NCBI GenBank assembly: GCA_045803245.1
Contig: JBJMPK010000129.1
Span: 1 to 52,205, forward strand
Direction of reading: 5' to 3'
Length of the DNA stretch: 52,205 nt
DNA from: Gemmatimonadales bacterium
GTDB lineage: Bacteria > Gemmatimonadota > Gemmatimonadetes > Gemmatimonadales > GWC2-71-9
Part shown: piece by piece, positions 9,399 to 18,964 of the stretch
Layout of the letters: every line of letters starts with the position of its first letter
How positions within the stretch are numbered: position 1 is the stretch's first letter
The notes under the pieces: generated by a model
Seen by the model: the letters and a program-made list of their open reading frames with translations, nothing else
Told to the model about the DNA's origin: nothing
Databases searched by the model: none
Position numbers and translations under genes: made by a program

Positions 9399-10490
9399 AT
9401 GCCTTTGCACCCTTTAATCGGGCACCGGAAAACACGCGGTCGGATGGCGGAGGCCGTGCGGAGTGGACGCCTGCCGCAGGTCCTGTTGCTGACCGGCCCG
9501 GCGGGTGTAGGTAAGCAAAGACTGGCTCTCTGGCTAGGTCAGTTGCTCCTTTGCGAAAACCCTGGGGACGAGCCCTGCGGCAAATGCCGGGCATGCCGTC
9601 TGGTGGAAGGGGTATCGCATTCCGATCTGCATTGGTTTGTTCCGATCTCGAGGCCCAAAGCCTCCGAACCGGACAAGCAGGTCGAAGAGGCGTCGCAGGC
9701 GCTCGCCGCGGCGTTAGAGGAGCGTCGGAACCAGCCGCTGTACGGCCAGTGCGATGGGATGGCGATTCACGGCGTCGCCAGTGTGCGGTTGCTGCAACGG
9801 CGCGCCGCGTTCACGCCGGTCGAGGGAGGCCGCCGGGTCTTCATCATAGGGGAGGCCGACCGCCTGGTGCCGCAGGACGGAACCGAGGCCGCGGCAAACG
9901 CCCTCCTCAAAGTTTTGGAGGAGCCTCCCGCGGGCAGTGTTTTTATCCTGACGACGAACGACGCCGGCCGTATGCTCCCGACTATCCGGTCGCGGGCGGT
10001 GCTGCTCCGGCTCCGGGGTCTGCCTGATGCTGAAGTACGGGACTTTCTCCGGGCTCAGCTTCGGCCTTTACCTCCAGCCGACGAGCTCGAACGGCGGGTC
10101 CGGGCAGCCGAAGGATCCATCGGCCGAGCGCTGGCCGCGGGAGAGGAGTCGGGCCGGGCCCAGGAAGCGGCACACCGGCTGCTCGATGCGGTCCTGGCAG
10201 GTCCCGGACCAACACTGGAGCAGGCTCTGAGGCAGGCCCCCTGGTCGGCCCGGGGCGACTTCACCGCGATGCTCGACGCGCTGGCGGAGACGTTGACCGA
10301 GGCCGCACGGGGAACGCTGGGACAGAGTCCTCGACATCAGGTGCCTCAGGCACTGCAGCGCTACCGCCATCCGGAGCGGTTGCTCAAGGCGATGGCCCAC
10401 GTGGCCGACGCGCGGGAGGCGGCATGGGGAAACGTCAATCCCCAGCTGCTGCTGGCAGTATTGGGCGAAGAGTTAGCCGAGGCCCTGTGA
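9399..10490 (+). CDS. holB: DNA polymerase III subunit delta'
   Basis: GPAGVGK P-loop, C..PCGKCRAC Zn module, AANALLKVLEEPP and LPTIRSR. Confidence 0.9.
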   Translation: MPLHPLIGHRKTRGRMAEAVRSGRLPQVLLLTGPAGVGKQRLALWLGQLLLCENPGDEPCGKCRACRLVEGVSHSDLHWFVPISRPKASEPDKQVEEASQALAAALEERRNQPLYGQCDGMAIHGVASVRLLQRRAAFTPVEGGRRVFIIGEADRLVPQDGTEAAANALLKVLEEPPAGSVFILTTNDAGRMLPTIRSRAVLLRLRGLPDAEVRDFLRAQLRPLPPADELERRVRAAEGSIGRALAAGEESGRAQEAAHRLLDAVLAGPGPTLEQALRQAPWSARGDFTAMLDALAETLTEAARGTLGQSPRHQVPQALQRYRHPERLLKAMAHVADAREAAWGNVNPQLLLAVLGEELAEAL

Positions 10491-10960
10491 AGCTGAGTCA
10501 TCTCGATGAGCAGGGTCGCGCCCGGATGGTCGATGTCGGCGATAAGCCGGTGTCCCAACGAAAGGCTGTCGCCGAAGGTGCGGTGCGGATGTCCCGCGAG
10601 GCATTCGACCTGGTTGCGGCGCAGGGGGTGGCCAAGGGCGACGTGCTCGCGGTGGCCGAGGTGGCGGGGACTATGGGGGCCAAGCGTACCGGCGAGCTGA
10701 TTCCGCTCTGCCATCCCCTCGGTCTCGACCTGGTCGAGGTCACTGCCCAGCTGGAGCCCGAGCTGCCCGGCGTCCGCATCACGGCGGCGGCCAAGGCCAC
10801 TGGCCGGACCGGGGTAGAAATGGAAGCGCTCACCGCCGTCGCGGTGGCGTGTCTCACGGTGTACGACATGGTCAAGGCAGTGGATCGAGAGATGGTGATC
10901 GAGGATGTCCGGCTGGTGAGCAAGAGCGGCGGCACCCGAGGAGATTTCAGCTCTAAATAG
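10487..10960 (+). CDS. moaC: Cyclic pyranopterin monophosphate synthase
   Basis: LSHLD..GRARMVDV, LIPLCHP, TGVEMEAL and YDMVKAVDR motifs. The GTG start overlaps the holB stop. Confidence 0.96.
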   Translation: MKLSHLDEQGRARMVDVGDKPVSQRKAVAEGAVRMSREAFDLVAAQGVAKGDVLAVAEVAGTMGAKRTGELIPLCHPLGLDLVEVTAQLEPELPGVRITAAAKATGRTGVEMEALTAVAVACLTVYDMVKAVDREMVIEDVRLVSKSGGTRGDFSSK

Positions 10961-10974
10961 AAAGGGGTTGGCGC

Positions 10975-11670
10975 GTGAGGAAACCCATCGATTACGGGGA
11001 ACCGAAGCCGTGGACCGCGGAGCGAATCCTTCTCCGGGGTGGAGCGTTGCTCCTCCTGGCCGTGTCCATCGGCGCGCTCGGCGCGTGGAACAAGCGGGTC
11101 CGGGCCACTGATCACGTAGCCATTCCCGACGTCAATCTGGTGGCCCGGCAGATGGGTAGCCTCAGCGATCAGCTCGAGGCCGCCCGGGGCGAGACCACCG
11201 TCATCAAGCTCCAGCTCGAGCGGGCCAACGCTGTCCTGGAAAATTCGACCCGCTACCAGATCCCGGCCGATCTGTCGGCGGCGATCTACGATATCGCATT
11301 GAGCGAGGGAATCGATCCTTCATTGGGATATCAACTGGTGAAGATCGAGAGCCAGTTCAACCGGAAGGCCGTGAGCCCGATGCAGGCATTCGGCTATACC
11401 CAGCTCCAGCTGGCCACCGCCAAGTTCTATCAGACGGGCATCACCCAGAAAGATCTGTACGATCGGGACACGAACTTGCGCCTGGGATTTCGCTTTCTGA
11501 ACGACCTTCTGGCTCGCTTCAGTTACGACGTGCACCTGGCGCTGCTGGCTTACAATCGCGGTCCGGCCCGGGTAGATCAGATTCTGGCGAAGGGTGAAAA
11601 CCCGGCCAACGGATACTCCGATGCGGTGCTGAAGGGATATCGTCCCATCGGGTCCAGCGAGGTGCGCTAG
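10975..11670 (+). CDS. Membrane-anchored SLT-domain lytic transglycosylase
   Basis: N-terminal TM and coiled coil, then IES (catalytic Glu), GYTQL and ALLAYNRG. Confidence 0.88.
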   Translation: MRKPIDYGEPKPWTAERILLRGGALLLLAVSIGALGAWNKRVRATDHVAIPDVNLVARQMGSLSDQLEAARGETTVIKLQLERANAVLENSTRYQIPADLSAAIYDIALSEGIDPSLGYQLVKIESQFNRKAVSPMQAFGYTQLQLATAKFYQTGITQKDLYDRDTNLRLGFRFLNDLLARFSYDVHLALLAYNRGPARVDQILAKGENPANGYSDAVLKGYRPIGSSEVR

Positions 11671-13409
11671 CCCGGAATTTTCAGCGCGAGACCGGCCTTG
11701 AGGGTCTCGTGCTCGCTCAATCCATTCGCTTCCCTGAGGGCCTGGATCGAAACGCCGTATCGTTTCGCCAGGCCCTTCAGCGTTTCTCCCCGCTGGACCA
11801 CGTGGGTGCGAGCGCCCGGTCGCTCCACCGGCGATGGAGTCGCAACGGCCCGGCGGGGTGCGTCCGGCGACACGACTCTCAACCGCTGGCCGGCGCGGAT
11901 CCTACCCCGGCTGTCGAGACCGTTCCAACCGCGAAGCTCACGCTGGGTCACGCCGTATTCATCGGCGATCTCCGAGAGCGTCTCGCCCCGGCGCACCCGA
12001 TGGAACGAGCTGGTGCTGGTGCCTGCCGCCACTACCGGGTCGGACATCCGGCGTGCCACCGAAGTCGAAAGCACTCCACCCGTGGGCACCACAATTCGCT
12101 GATTGATCCGGAGTCTTCGGCTGTTCACCTTCGGGTTCGCGGCGGCGAGCATCGCCTGGCTGACCCGGTACCGCAGCGCGATGCCACCCAGCGTCTCGCC
12201 CCGAGCCACGAAATGCTCGATGAAAGTGACGCGGCGCCGGGGCGGCAGCTCGGCATAGGCCGCCACCGTGGTGGGTCCCTGGCCCCGGGGCAGCCGGATC
12301 ACCGAACGGGTGTTCGGCGGCGTGGTCAGCCGGAGGTATTGCGGGTTGAGCTCACGGATGGCGGTGACCGTCGTGTCGGCCAGTCGGGCGATCACATCGA
12401 GACCGGTCATGTCGGGAACGACGATCGAATCGTAGGCGGCAGGGTCGCTTCGCCCGGGATCGAAGCCGTAGCGCCGCGGCTGCTTGGCGATCAGCGCAGC
12501 CGCGATCAACTTGGGCACATAGTCTTTGGTCTCGCGCCGGAGCCATTTCGTGTCATAGAGCCGGAAGAAGGTCGCATCGGAGTTGACCGAGTCGCTCTCC
12601 TCGTCCGGCAACCGCACCAGCCCCCGCGATACTTTGCCGGAGCCCGCGTTGTACGCGGCGGCCGCGAGATAGAGTGACCCGAAGCGCTGGTTCAGATCCC
12701 GGAGATGTCGCACCGCCGCATCGGTGGCGCGGTACGGATCGCGCCGCTCATCGACCCAGGAGTCGACCCGCAACCCGTAGATCCTCGCCGTCGCCTTCAT
12801 GAACTGCCACATCCCCACGGCTTTGGCCCGACTGGTCGCCGTGTTGGAGAATCCACTTTCGATCAACGCGAGGTAGACCAGGTCGCCAGGGAGATTCTCC
12901 CGCTGGAGTCGCTCCCGAACCATCATCTCATAGCGGGGCATGCGGCTGAGCCAGATGCCCATCCGCTCGCGCCCCCGTCCCTGAAAGAAGTCCAGATAGT
13001 ACTGGACCCGGTCATGGCTGTTGAACGTCGCGACATCGATATCCCAGGTCACGGCATCCGTGAGAGCGTTAGCACCGCCGTGATCGGCCTCGGGCTGCCC
13101 GTCGGCGGCCTCCTCACCGGTGTCGGCCTCCGGATGTGCCGTGGCCAGCTCTTCCAGTACCGCTTCGTCGGCCGCCGAGTCCGCGGCCAGGCGCCCTTCG
13201 GCCGCGAAATCCGCCGCGACCAGCGCGGAGTCCATGGTTGGCGCGGGAGGAAGGTCACCGAGAGGGAAAAGGGATTCGGCTGCGGGCGTGCGATTGAAGT
13301 TGGACGTCAACGGCGATACCGAGGACCCCGGCGACACGGGAGTACCAGCGCGGGGACCGCTGCATCCAGCCACGAGAAGAACGGCAAGGGCCAGCGAAAG
13401 TCGGGGCAT
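11667..13409 (-). CDS. MltD-like lytic transglycosylase lipoprotein with LysM repeats
   Basis: Lipobox VAGC, LIESGF, GMWQFM, AAYNAG, ETKDYVPK and three C-terminal LysM repeats. Confidence 0.93.
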   Translation of the reverse strand: MPRLSLALAVLLVAGCSGPRAGTPVSPGSSVSPLTSNFNRTPAAESLFPLGDLPPAPTMDSALVAADFAAEGRLAADSAADEAVLEELATAHPEADTGEEAADGQPEADHGGANALTDAVTWDIDVATFNSHDRVQYYLDFFQGRGRERMGIWLSRMPRYEMMVRERLQRENLPGDLVYLALIESGFSNTATSRAKAVGMWQFMKATARIYGLRVDSWVDERRDPYRATDAAVRHLRDLNQRFGSLYLAAAAYNAGSGKVSRGLVRLPDEESDSVNSDATFFRLYDTKWLRRETKDYVPKLIAAALIAKQPRRYGFDPGRSDPAAYDSIVVPDMTGLDVIARLADTTVTAIRELNPQYLRLTTPPNTRSVIRLPRGQGPTTVAAYAELPPRRRVTFIEHFVARGETLGGIALRYRVSQAMLAAANPKVNSRRLRINQRIVVPTGGVLSTSVARRMSDPVVAAGTSTSSFHRVRRGETLSEIADEYGVTQRELRGWNGLDSRGRIRAGQRLRVVSPDAPRRAVATPSPVERPGARTHVVQRGETLKGLAKRYGVSIQALREANGLSEHETLKAGLALKIPG

Positions 13410-13519
13410 GGCACATTTCGGTAAAATTTCGGGGTGGCATGGTGAGCCGCCCCGTTGTCACCCGCAAACCGCAGGATCCAAAGGCGAACTGAAGGGCCCG
13501 CGAGAGGCGTCGAGCGGGG

Positions 13520-13939
13520 TTACCGCATGAAGAGACGGTTGCCGAGGATCCGGTTCGTCGCGTTCAGTACGGCCAGAGCCGCGCCACGCGCCGTGTCCTG
13601 CTCGGTCAGATAGGAGCCCACCACTCTCTGGCCGTTGCCTTCGCCGTGGACCGCCAGAGATACGATGACGACCGTCGAGTCGAACGCACGCACGGCCTTG
13701 ACCCCGAGGAGCTCGAAGCTCATCCCCCCCTGAACCGCCTGGCCCAGAGCGATCACGCAGGCCTGAGCGGCACAGCGCAGCTCACCCGCTTGTGATGCCA
13801 GTCCTTCGCCTTCACCGGTAAACTGCTCCGAATCTCTCCATGTCAAACCCACCCGAGCGCGACAACGCCCGTTCGGCAGCCGATCCAGGGTGAACTCCGC
13901 GAACCGCAAGCGTTCGGAGAGTGGAGTTGACGTTGACAT
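13520..13939 (-). CDS. Hypothetical protein
   Basis: 139 aa alpha/beta-like ORF with an AAGGA RBS before ATG 13939. Confidence 0.75.
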   Translation of the reverse strand: MSTSTPLSERLRFAEFTLDRLPNGRCRARVGLTWRDSEQFTGEGEGLASQAGELRCAAQACVIALGQAVQGGMSFELLGVKAVRAFDSTVVIVSLAVHGEGNGQRVVGSYLTEQDTARGAALAVLNATNRILGNRLFMR

Positions 13940-13991
13940 GGCTGTCCTTGAGCAGGCCTGAAAATCAAGGAGAAAGTCGGGGCTCAGCAAG

Positions 13992-14006
13992 GCAAAGCCC
14001 ATGCCA
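13992..14006 (-). promoter_or_regulatory. Sigma-54 (-24/-12) promoter candidate
   Basis: Minus strand TGGCATGGGCTTTGC matches TGGCAC-N5-TTGC with correct GG-N10-GC spacing, about 50 bp upstream of the CDS at 13939. Confidence 0.6.
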
Positions 14007-14056
14007 CCCCTGGCCCAAGCGCGTTACCAGCAGCGCGATGATATCGGCGTCGGAAA

Positions 14057-14650
14057 TCAGCTCAAGAGTCCTTCGGCGCGCGCATCGTCCGCCGTATCGA
14101 CATCGCGAAGCGGAGGGAGCTCGTGCCATGCGGCACTGATCCGGGTCAGCCTCGCACGGGTCTCGGCGAGCACCCGTTCGGTGCCCCAGGGGATGCTCGT
14201 GAAGAGATCCGGCAGAGGCGTTCGTCCGCCGAGCAGATAATAGCCCCCGTCATGGCAGGGACCGATGACCAGGCCGGCTCGATCCAGATGCGCGCAGCCG
14301 TCTCGGAGCAGAGCCGCCGTGAGCCCGGGACAATCGGCCGCGATGGCGATCCAGGGATGACCCCGCGGAACCGCGTGAGCCGCCGCCGCGAGCCGGGCAC
14401 CAAGATCCCCGGTAACCTGAGGCCGGAACTCCCACGACTCCCCCAACCAGAATTGCATCTCCTTCAGCGCGTCAGGAGGCGCAAACCAGACGATGGCCTC
14501 CAGTCCGGCGGTCCGCACCGCGCTCAGAGTTCGAGCCGCCAGCACCCGGTAAAGCCGCAACGCGTGGCGCTCGCCAATTTCCGCGGCCAGCCGGCTCTTT
14601 ACCGCGCCGAGCCGGGGAGCCTTGAGAAACACCGCCAGAGGTGGCGTCAT
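14057..14650 (-). CDS. DUF2064 / TIGR04282-family glycosyltransferase-like protein
   Basis: FLKAPRLGAVKSRL, Q..GDLGARL, ADCP, GPCHDGGYYLLG and LRDVDT motifs. Confidence 0.88.
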   Translation of the reverse strand: MTPPLAVFLKAPRLGAVKSRLAAEIGERHALRLYRVLAARTLSAVRTAGLEAIVWFAPPDALKEMQFWLGESWEFRPQVTGDLGARLAAAAHAVPRGHPWIAIAADCPGLTAALLRDGCAHLDRAGLVIGPCHDGGYYLLGGRTPLPDLFTSIPWGTERVLAETRARLTRISAAWHELPPLRDVDTADDARAEGLLS

Positions 14651-14744
14651 CGGTGGCGCAGTCCGGCAACAATTTTCTTTGGGGGGGCGAGGTCTGGCGA
14701 GAGGCGGTGCGCTGGATGAGGGGCCACGGCCGAAAGAAGCGTAA

Positions 14745-15650
14745 TCAGCTCCTCACGAGGGTCTGGAAGCGCGAGCGAAGGTCCCGGGTAACCGGTCCGG
14801 CTTTGCCGCTACCGATGACCCGCCCATCCACCTGCCGGACCGCCACCACCTCGCTCGCGGTTCCGGTGAAGAACGCTTCGTCGGCAGTGTAGACATCGTA
14901 CCGGTTGAGAATGGATTCTTCCACCGGGTAGCCCGCCTGGGCCGCCAGCTCCATTACCACGTCGCGCGTCACGCCCTTGAGAATCCCGGCGTACACTGGT
15001 GGCGTTCTCAGCCGTCCGTTTTTCACCACGAAGATGTTCTGCCCCGAGCCCTCCGCCACCGCGCCGGCGCTGTCCAGCATGAGCACTTCATCGGCCCCGG
15101 CGTGAATGCCCTCGATCTTCGCGAGGATGTGCGCCAGATAGTTCAGCGACTTCACCCGGGGCGAGAGCGACTCGCGTTGGGGAATGGGAGTTCCGGCAGT
15201 CACCACCGTGAGTCCGGCTTCGTAGACCTGCTCGGGCCAGAGCTTGATGGTGTCTACGATGATGATCACCGAAGGCTTGGGACACTTGCGTGGATCGAGT
15301 CCCAGATCGCCCACACCGCGGGTGACGACATGGCGGATGTATGCCTCGGCAATACCGGAGCGCCGAACCGCCTCCTCGGTGACCGCCGCGATCTCCTCTC
15401 GAGGCATCGGAATGGTGAGCCAGATGGCCTTGGCCGAATCGAAGAGCCGCTCGAGATGTTGGGTGAGCCGGAAGAGCTTCCCGCCGTACGCGCGAACACC
15501 CTCGAACACACCGTCGCCGTAGAGAAGACCGTGATCGTATACCGAGACTGACGCCGTGCTCCGGTCGCACCACTTGCCATCGAGCCAGATGGTCGGGGTG
15601 CCGACTGCCGCAGATGAGGGACTGCTGGCGGGCTTGGCGGAGACGGTCAT
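14745..15650 (-). CDS. ilvE: Branched-chain amino acid aminotransferase
   Basis: HGLLYGDGVFEG, KSLNYL, EGSGQNIF, ILKGVTR and FFTGTASEV motifs. Confidence 0.95.
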   Translation of the reverse strand: MTVSAKPASSPSSAAVGTPTIWLDGKWCDRSTASVSVYDHGLLYGDGVFEGVRAYGGKLFRLTQHLERLFDSAKAIWLTIPMPREEIAAVTEEAVRRSGIAEAYIRHVVTRGVGDLGLDPRKCPKPSVIIIVDTIKLWPEQVYEAGLTVVTAGTPIPQRESLSPRVKSLNYLAHILAKIEGIHAGADEVLMLDSAGAVAEGSGQNIFVVKNGRLRTPPVYAGILKGVTRDVVMELAAQAGYPVEESILNRYDVYTADEAFFTGTASEVVAVRQVDGRVIGSGKAGPVTRDLRSRFQTLVRS

Positions 15651-15666
15651 GGTGGGAATGTAGGTG

Positions 15667-15738
15667 GGCTATTGGCTATTGGCTATTGGCAAACAAAGCG
15701 CCCTCTCGATTCCTCGGAGGGTCTCTTGACCAATAGCC
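15667..15738. repeat. Heptamer tandem repeat (GGCTATT)x3 with an inverted copy
   Basis: GGCTATT x3 at 15667-15687 and CCAATAGCC at 15730-15738, enclosing a CCCTC/GAGGG stem. Confidence 0.7.
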
Positions 15739-15740
15739 TT

Positions 15741-17387
15741 CTAATGCGCATCCACCGGCGCCGCGGCTCTGCCTCTCGGCTTGCGCAGCAGAAAAATCGC
15801 CGGGGCAACCACCACAAATGTGAGTAACAGCAGGAGCCAGGCATCGTTGTAGCTCAGCATCGACGCCTGGCGCATGGTCTCCTGGTCCAGCAGGGCCAGC
15901 GCGCCTCGCTGGGCTGCGTCGGTACTGTAGCCGTGGGCCACCAGATTTTGGCTCAGCATCCGGACTCGCTCATCGACGAAGGGATTGCCGGGGTACACGT
16001 TGGACAGCAGATCAACCCGGTGGATCTGAGTATGGACCGTCACATACGTCGCCAGAATGGCGATACCGAACGATCCTCCCAGCTGGCGCGAGAGGTTAAT
16101 CAGCCCGGAGGCCTGCTGGGCTTCACTGGGCTTGAGGCTGGCGTACGCCACATTGTTGATCGGGGTAAAGAGAAATCCCAGACCCGCACCGCGGATGATG
16201 AGGGCCAGCCGGACGTCCGACTCTCCGGCGGCCGTGGTCAGGTGCCCCAGGTCCCACATCGAAGCCACGAATAGCGCCACCCCGATTCCAATCAGCACCC
16301 GAGGATCGACCTTGGGACGAGGCCCATTGAGCAGCACACCGCAAATGACCGCGGTGATCGCGGTGGCGATGCCCCCGGGCATCAGGGCCAGGCCGGTCTC
16401 GGTCGGCGTGAAATGCAACAGGCTTTGGGTGAACAGGGGAAAGATGAACACGCCGCCGTAGAGACCGAATCCCAATGCCACGAACAGGAAGATGGAGGCG
16501 GCCAGCTCCCGGTTCTTGAGCACCCGGAAGTTCACGATCGGATGCTTGTTCCGGGAGCTGAGCTCCCACCAGACCATCGTGATCAGCGAGACACTCGCGA
16601 GCACCGCGAAGCGCAGGATCCATTTGTCGGAGAACCAGTCCTTGGAGTTTCCCTCCTCCAGCACCCACTGCAGCGATCCGATGCCGGCGGTGAGCAGGGT
16701 GATACCGAACCAATCCACTTCGCCCCGGTGCCGCTCCTGATCGGGTGGATCCTTGAGAAACGTGTTCACCAAAAAAGCCGAGGCGATCCCGATCGGCACG
16801 TTGATGTAGAAGCACCAGCTCCACGAATAATTGTCGGTGATCCATCCACCCAGGGTCGGTCCCAGCGTAGGGGCGACGATGATTCCGAGCAGGAAGATGG
16901 CTTGCACCATGCCCTGCTGCTCGCGGGGGAAGATCTGGCGGAGGGTGGCTTGTGCGGTCGAGAGCAGGGCCGCGCCACCGGCACCCTGGATGATCCGCCA
17001 GACGACCAGCTCGGTCAGAGTGTGCGAGGTGCCGCAGAAAAACGAGGCGACGATGAAGATGAGGATCGAGGCCGTGAGGTAGCGCTGCCGGCCGATCCGC
17101 TCGGTGAAGAACGCGGTCATGGGCAGCACCACCACGTTCGACAGGATATAGCCCGTGCTGACCCAGCTGATCTCCTGTTGAGTCGCGCCGAGGTTGCCGG
17201 CCATCTGGGGCAGCGCGACGTTGATAATGGTGGTGTCCAGCACCTCCATGATGGCGGCGGTGATGAGCCCCAGCAGGATGACCCAGCGATAGCGGCTTAC
17301 GAAGGCGGCGGCTTCCTCGGCGGCACGGGAAACCGGAGGAGATGGTGCGGCTGCCGCGCCCGAAGGTGCGCTGGCTTTTGCCGTCAT
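15741..17387 (-). CDS. DHA2 (EmrB/QacA) MFS efflux permease
   Basis: LDTTIINVALP, RIIQGAGG, GPTLGGWITD and FYINVPIG motifs, about 14 TMs. Confidence 0.95.
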   Translation of the reverse strand: MTAKASAPSGAAAAPSPPVSRAAEEAAAFVSRYRWVILLGLITAAIMEVLDTTIINVALPQMAGNLGATQQEISWVSTGYILSNVVVLPMTAFFTERIGRQRYLTASILIFIVASFFCGTSHTLTELVVWRIIQGAGGAALLSTAQATLRQIFPREQQGMVQAIFLLGIIVAPTLGPTLGGWITDNYSWSWCFYINVPIGIASAFLVNTFLKDPPDQERHRGEVDWFGITLLTAGIGSLQWVLEEGNSKDWFSDKWILRFAVLASVSLITMVWWELSSRNKHPIVNFRVLKNRELAASIFLFVALGFGLYGGVFIFPLFTQSLLHFTPTETGLALMPGGIATAITAVICGVLLNGPRPKVDPRVLIGIGVALFVASMWDLGHLTTAAGESDVRLALIIRGAGLGFLFTPINNVAYASLKPSEAQQASGLINLSRQLGGSFGIAILATYVTVHTQIHRVDLLSNVYPGNPFVDERVRMLSQNLVAHGYSTDAAQRGALALLDQETMRQASMLSYNDAWLLLLLTFVVVAPAIFLLRKPRGRAAAPVDAH

Positions 17388-17409
17388 GGAGGAGTCGGAA
17401 CCCGGTCGA

Positions 17410-18057
17410 TCAGGTCGTGGCGGGTGCGGTCCGGAGGAGCGCTATGACCAGGCGGGAAGCCATCTCCAACGGCACCGAGCCGGTATTGATCTGGATGTCA
17501 TACTCGCAGGGATCGTTGACACTGCTGTTGTAATAGCGTTGCAGGTAGTGCTGGCGGTCCCCGTCCCGCCGCCGCACATCGGCGGCCGCCTGGGGTGCTG
17601 GAACACCGGTCCGCTGGGCCACGCGGTTGACCCGGACGTCGAAGGGGGCGGTAACCCGGACCCGGAGCACGTCGCGCCGGGTGCGGAACAGGCAGTTACC
17701 GCCGTGGCCTACGATGATCAGCGGGAGGTTGCGGCTGGCTTCGAGCAGGACCTCGCGAGCGGCCGCGGCAACGCAATCCGGATCGGTCTTCCAGGGTCTC
17801 GAGTGCATCCGGGATTCCGGAGCGGTCACAACCGCGGCCGCCGCCAACCGCTCCAGAAAGCTCGGCACATGTTCGTCCATGGCCGTAACCTCCCCTTCCT
17901 CACAGCTGAGCCGGGCGGCCAGTTGCCGGACCAACTCATGGTCGAGCACCGGCCACTCCAGCTCCTTGCCCAGTAGCACACCGAGCTCGCTGCCACCGGC
18001 GCCGTATTCTCGCGAGATCGTGATCAGCTGAACCGGACCGTGCGCCAGCCGTTCCAT
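17410..18057 (-). CDS. Cytidylate kinase-like family protein (Cytidylate_kin2)
   Basis: ITISREYGAGG P-loop, IVGHGG and YDIQINT. GGAGAGG RBS before ATG 18057. Confidence 0.88.
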   Translation of the reverse strand: MERLAHGPVQLITISREYGAGGSELGVLLGKELEWPVLDHELVRQLAARLSCEEGEVTAMDEHVPSFLERLAAAAVVTAPESRMHSRPWKTDPDCVAAAAREVLLEASRNLPLIIVGHGGNCLFRTRRDVLRVRVTAPFDVRVNRVAQRTGVPAPQAAADVRRRDGDRQHYLQRYYNSSVNDPCEYDIQINTGSVPLEMASRLVIALLRTAPATT

Positions 18058-18232
18058 GGGCCTCTCCCGCCAGGTTTCCATCTTGAATATGGTGTAGGGG
18101 GAGGAAGTTACGCTATGCAGGACCCGGCCCGAGCCGGCCACAGCAACATGGCGGCAAGAATTTCGAAGCAGAGCAGTACCTTTGTATGGCCCTGGAGCTG
18201 GCACCGACCGACTCATAGGAGCGTGAACGTCC

Positions 18233-18964
18233 ATGGATATCGCGATTCATGTTTCTGTCAAACGCTGTGCCGTCGCCTTGAGCCTTATCGTACTCCTGCT
18301 GGTGGTGGCCAGCCTGGGAGCGAGCTATCTCTCACTGGCTTCCAACGCGAGTCCGCTTCTGCTGAAGATCCGGGATAGCTTCATCCGGTTGGTCTGGCTC
18401 GATCAGGAGTGCAACATCCCCAGCTGGTTCTCCTCCTGTCTCCTGCTAGCGGCTTCGTTTCTACTGGGGCTGATCGCGTTGGCTCACAAGCAGCAGGATG
18501 GAGACTTCAGCCGTTGGGCGCTGCTGGCACTGATTTTTGCGTTTCTCTCGCTGGACGAAACGGCGCAGTTGCATGAGCTGTCTATCGCTCCGCTTCGCGA
18601 GCGATTTCATACCGGCGGCTTCTTGCTGTACCCCTGGATTGTTCCGGCAGCCGTTGGCGTTGCCGTGCTGGGTGTGATGTATCTCCGCTTTCTGGCAAGG
18701 CTGCCGAGGACAACGCGCCGGCTACTTCTACTCGCCGGTGCCGTCTACGTCGGAGGGGCAATCGGGGTGGAAGCGCTGAGCGGGAAAGAGGCATCGCTTC
18801 AGGGGGAGCACAATCTCACCTACCATATGATCATCACCGTGGAGGAGCTGCTGGAGATGACGGGCGTCATCATCTTTATCTACGCGCTGCTGGACTACAT
18901 CGGCCGTCAGTTCCCAGTCATCCGTTTGCACGTTGCCGGCCAGTCAGACAATCGGGATCGCTAA
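18233..18964 (+). CDS. Uncharacterised polytopic membrane protein
   Basis: About 6 TMs with E.NIPSWFS, SLDE...LHE and EELLEM.G motifs. Confidence 0.8.
   Translation: MDIAIHVSVKRCAVALSLIVLLLVVASLGASYLSLASNASPLLLKIRDSFIRLVWLDQECNIPSWFSSCLLLAASFLLGLIALAHKQQDGDFSRWALLALIFAFLSLDETAQLHELSIAPLRERFHTGGFLLYPWIVPAAVGVAVLGVMYLRFLARLPRTTRRLLLLAGAVYVGGAIGVEALSGKEASLQGEHNLTYHMIITVEELLEMTGVIIFIYALLDYIGRQFPVIRLHVAGQSDNRDR

Noticed and set aside
13410-13519. c-di-AMP or c-di-GMP riboswitch upstream of the LysM gene
   Set aside because: I could not match the consensus elements on the coding strand.
13431-14010. 12 bp inverted repeat GGGGTGGCATGG flanking the hypothetical gene, as possible IS ends
   Set aside because: There is no transposase or target duplication, and one copy is explained by the sigma-54 motif.
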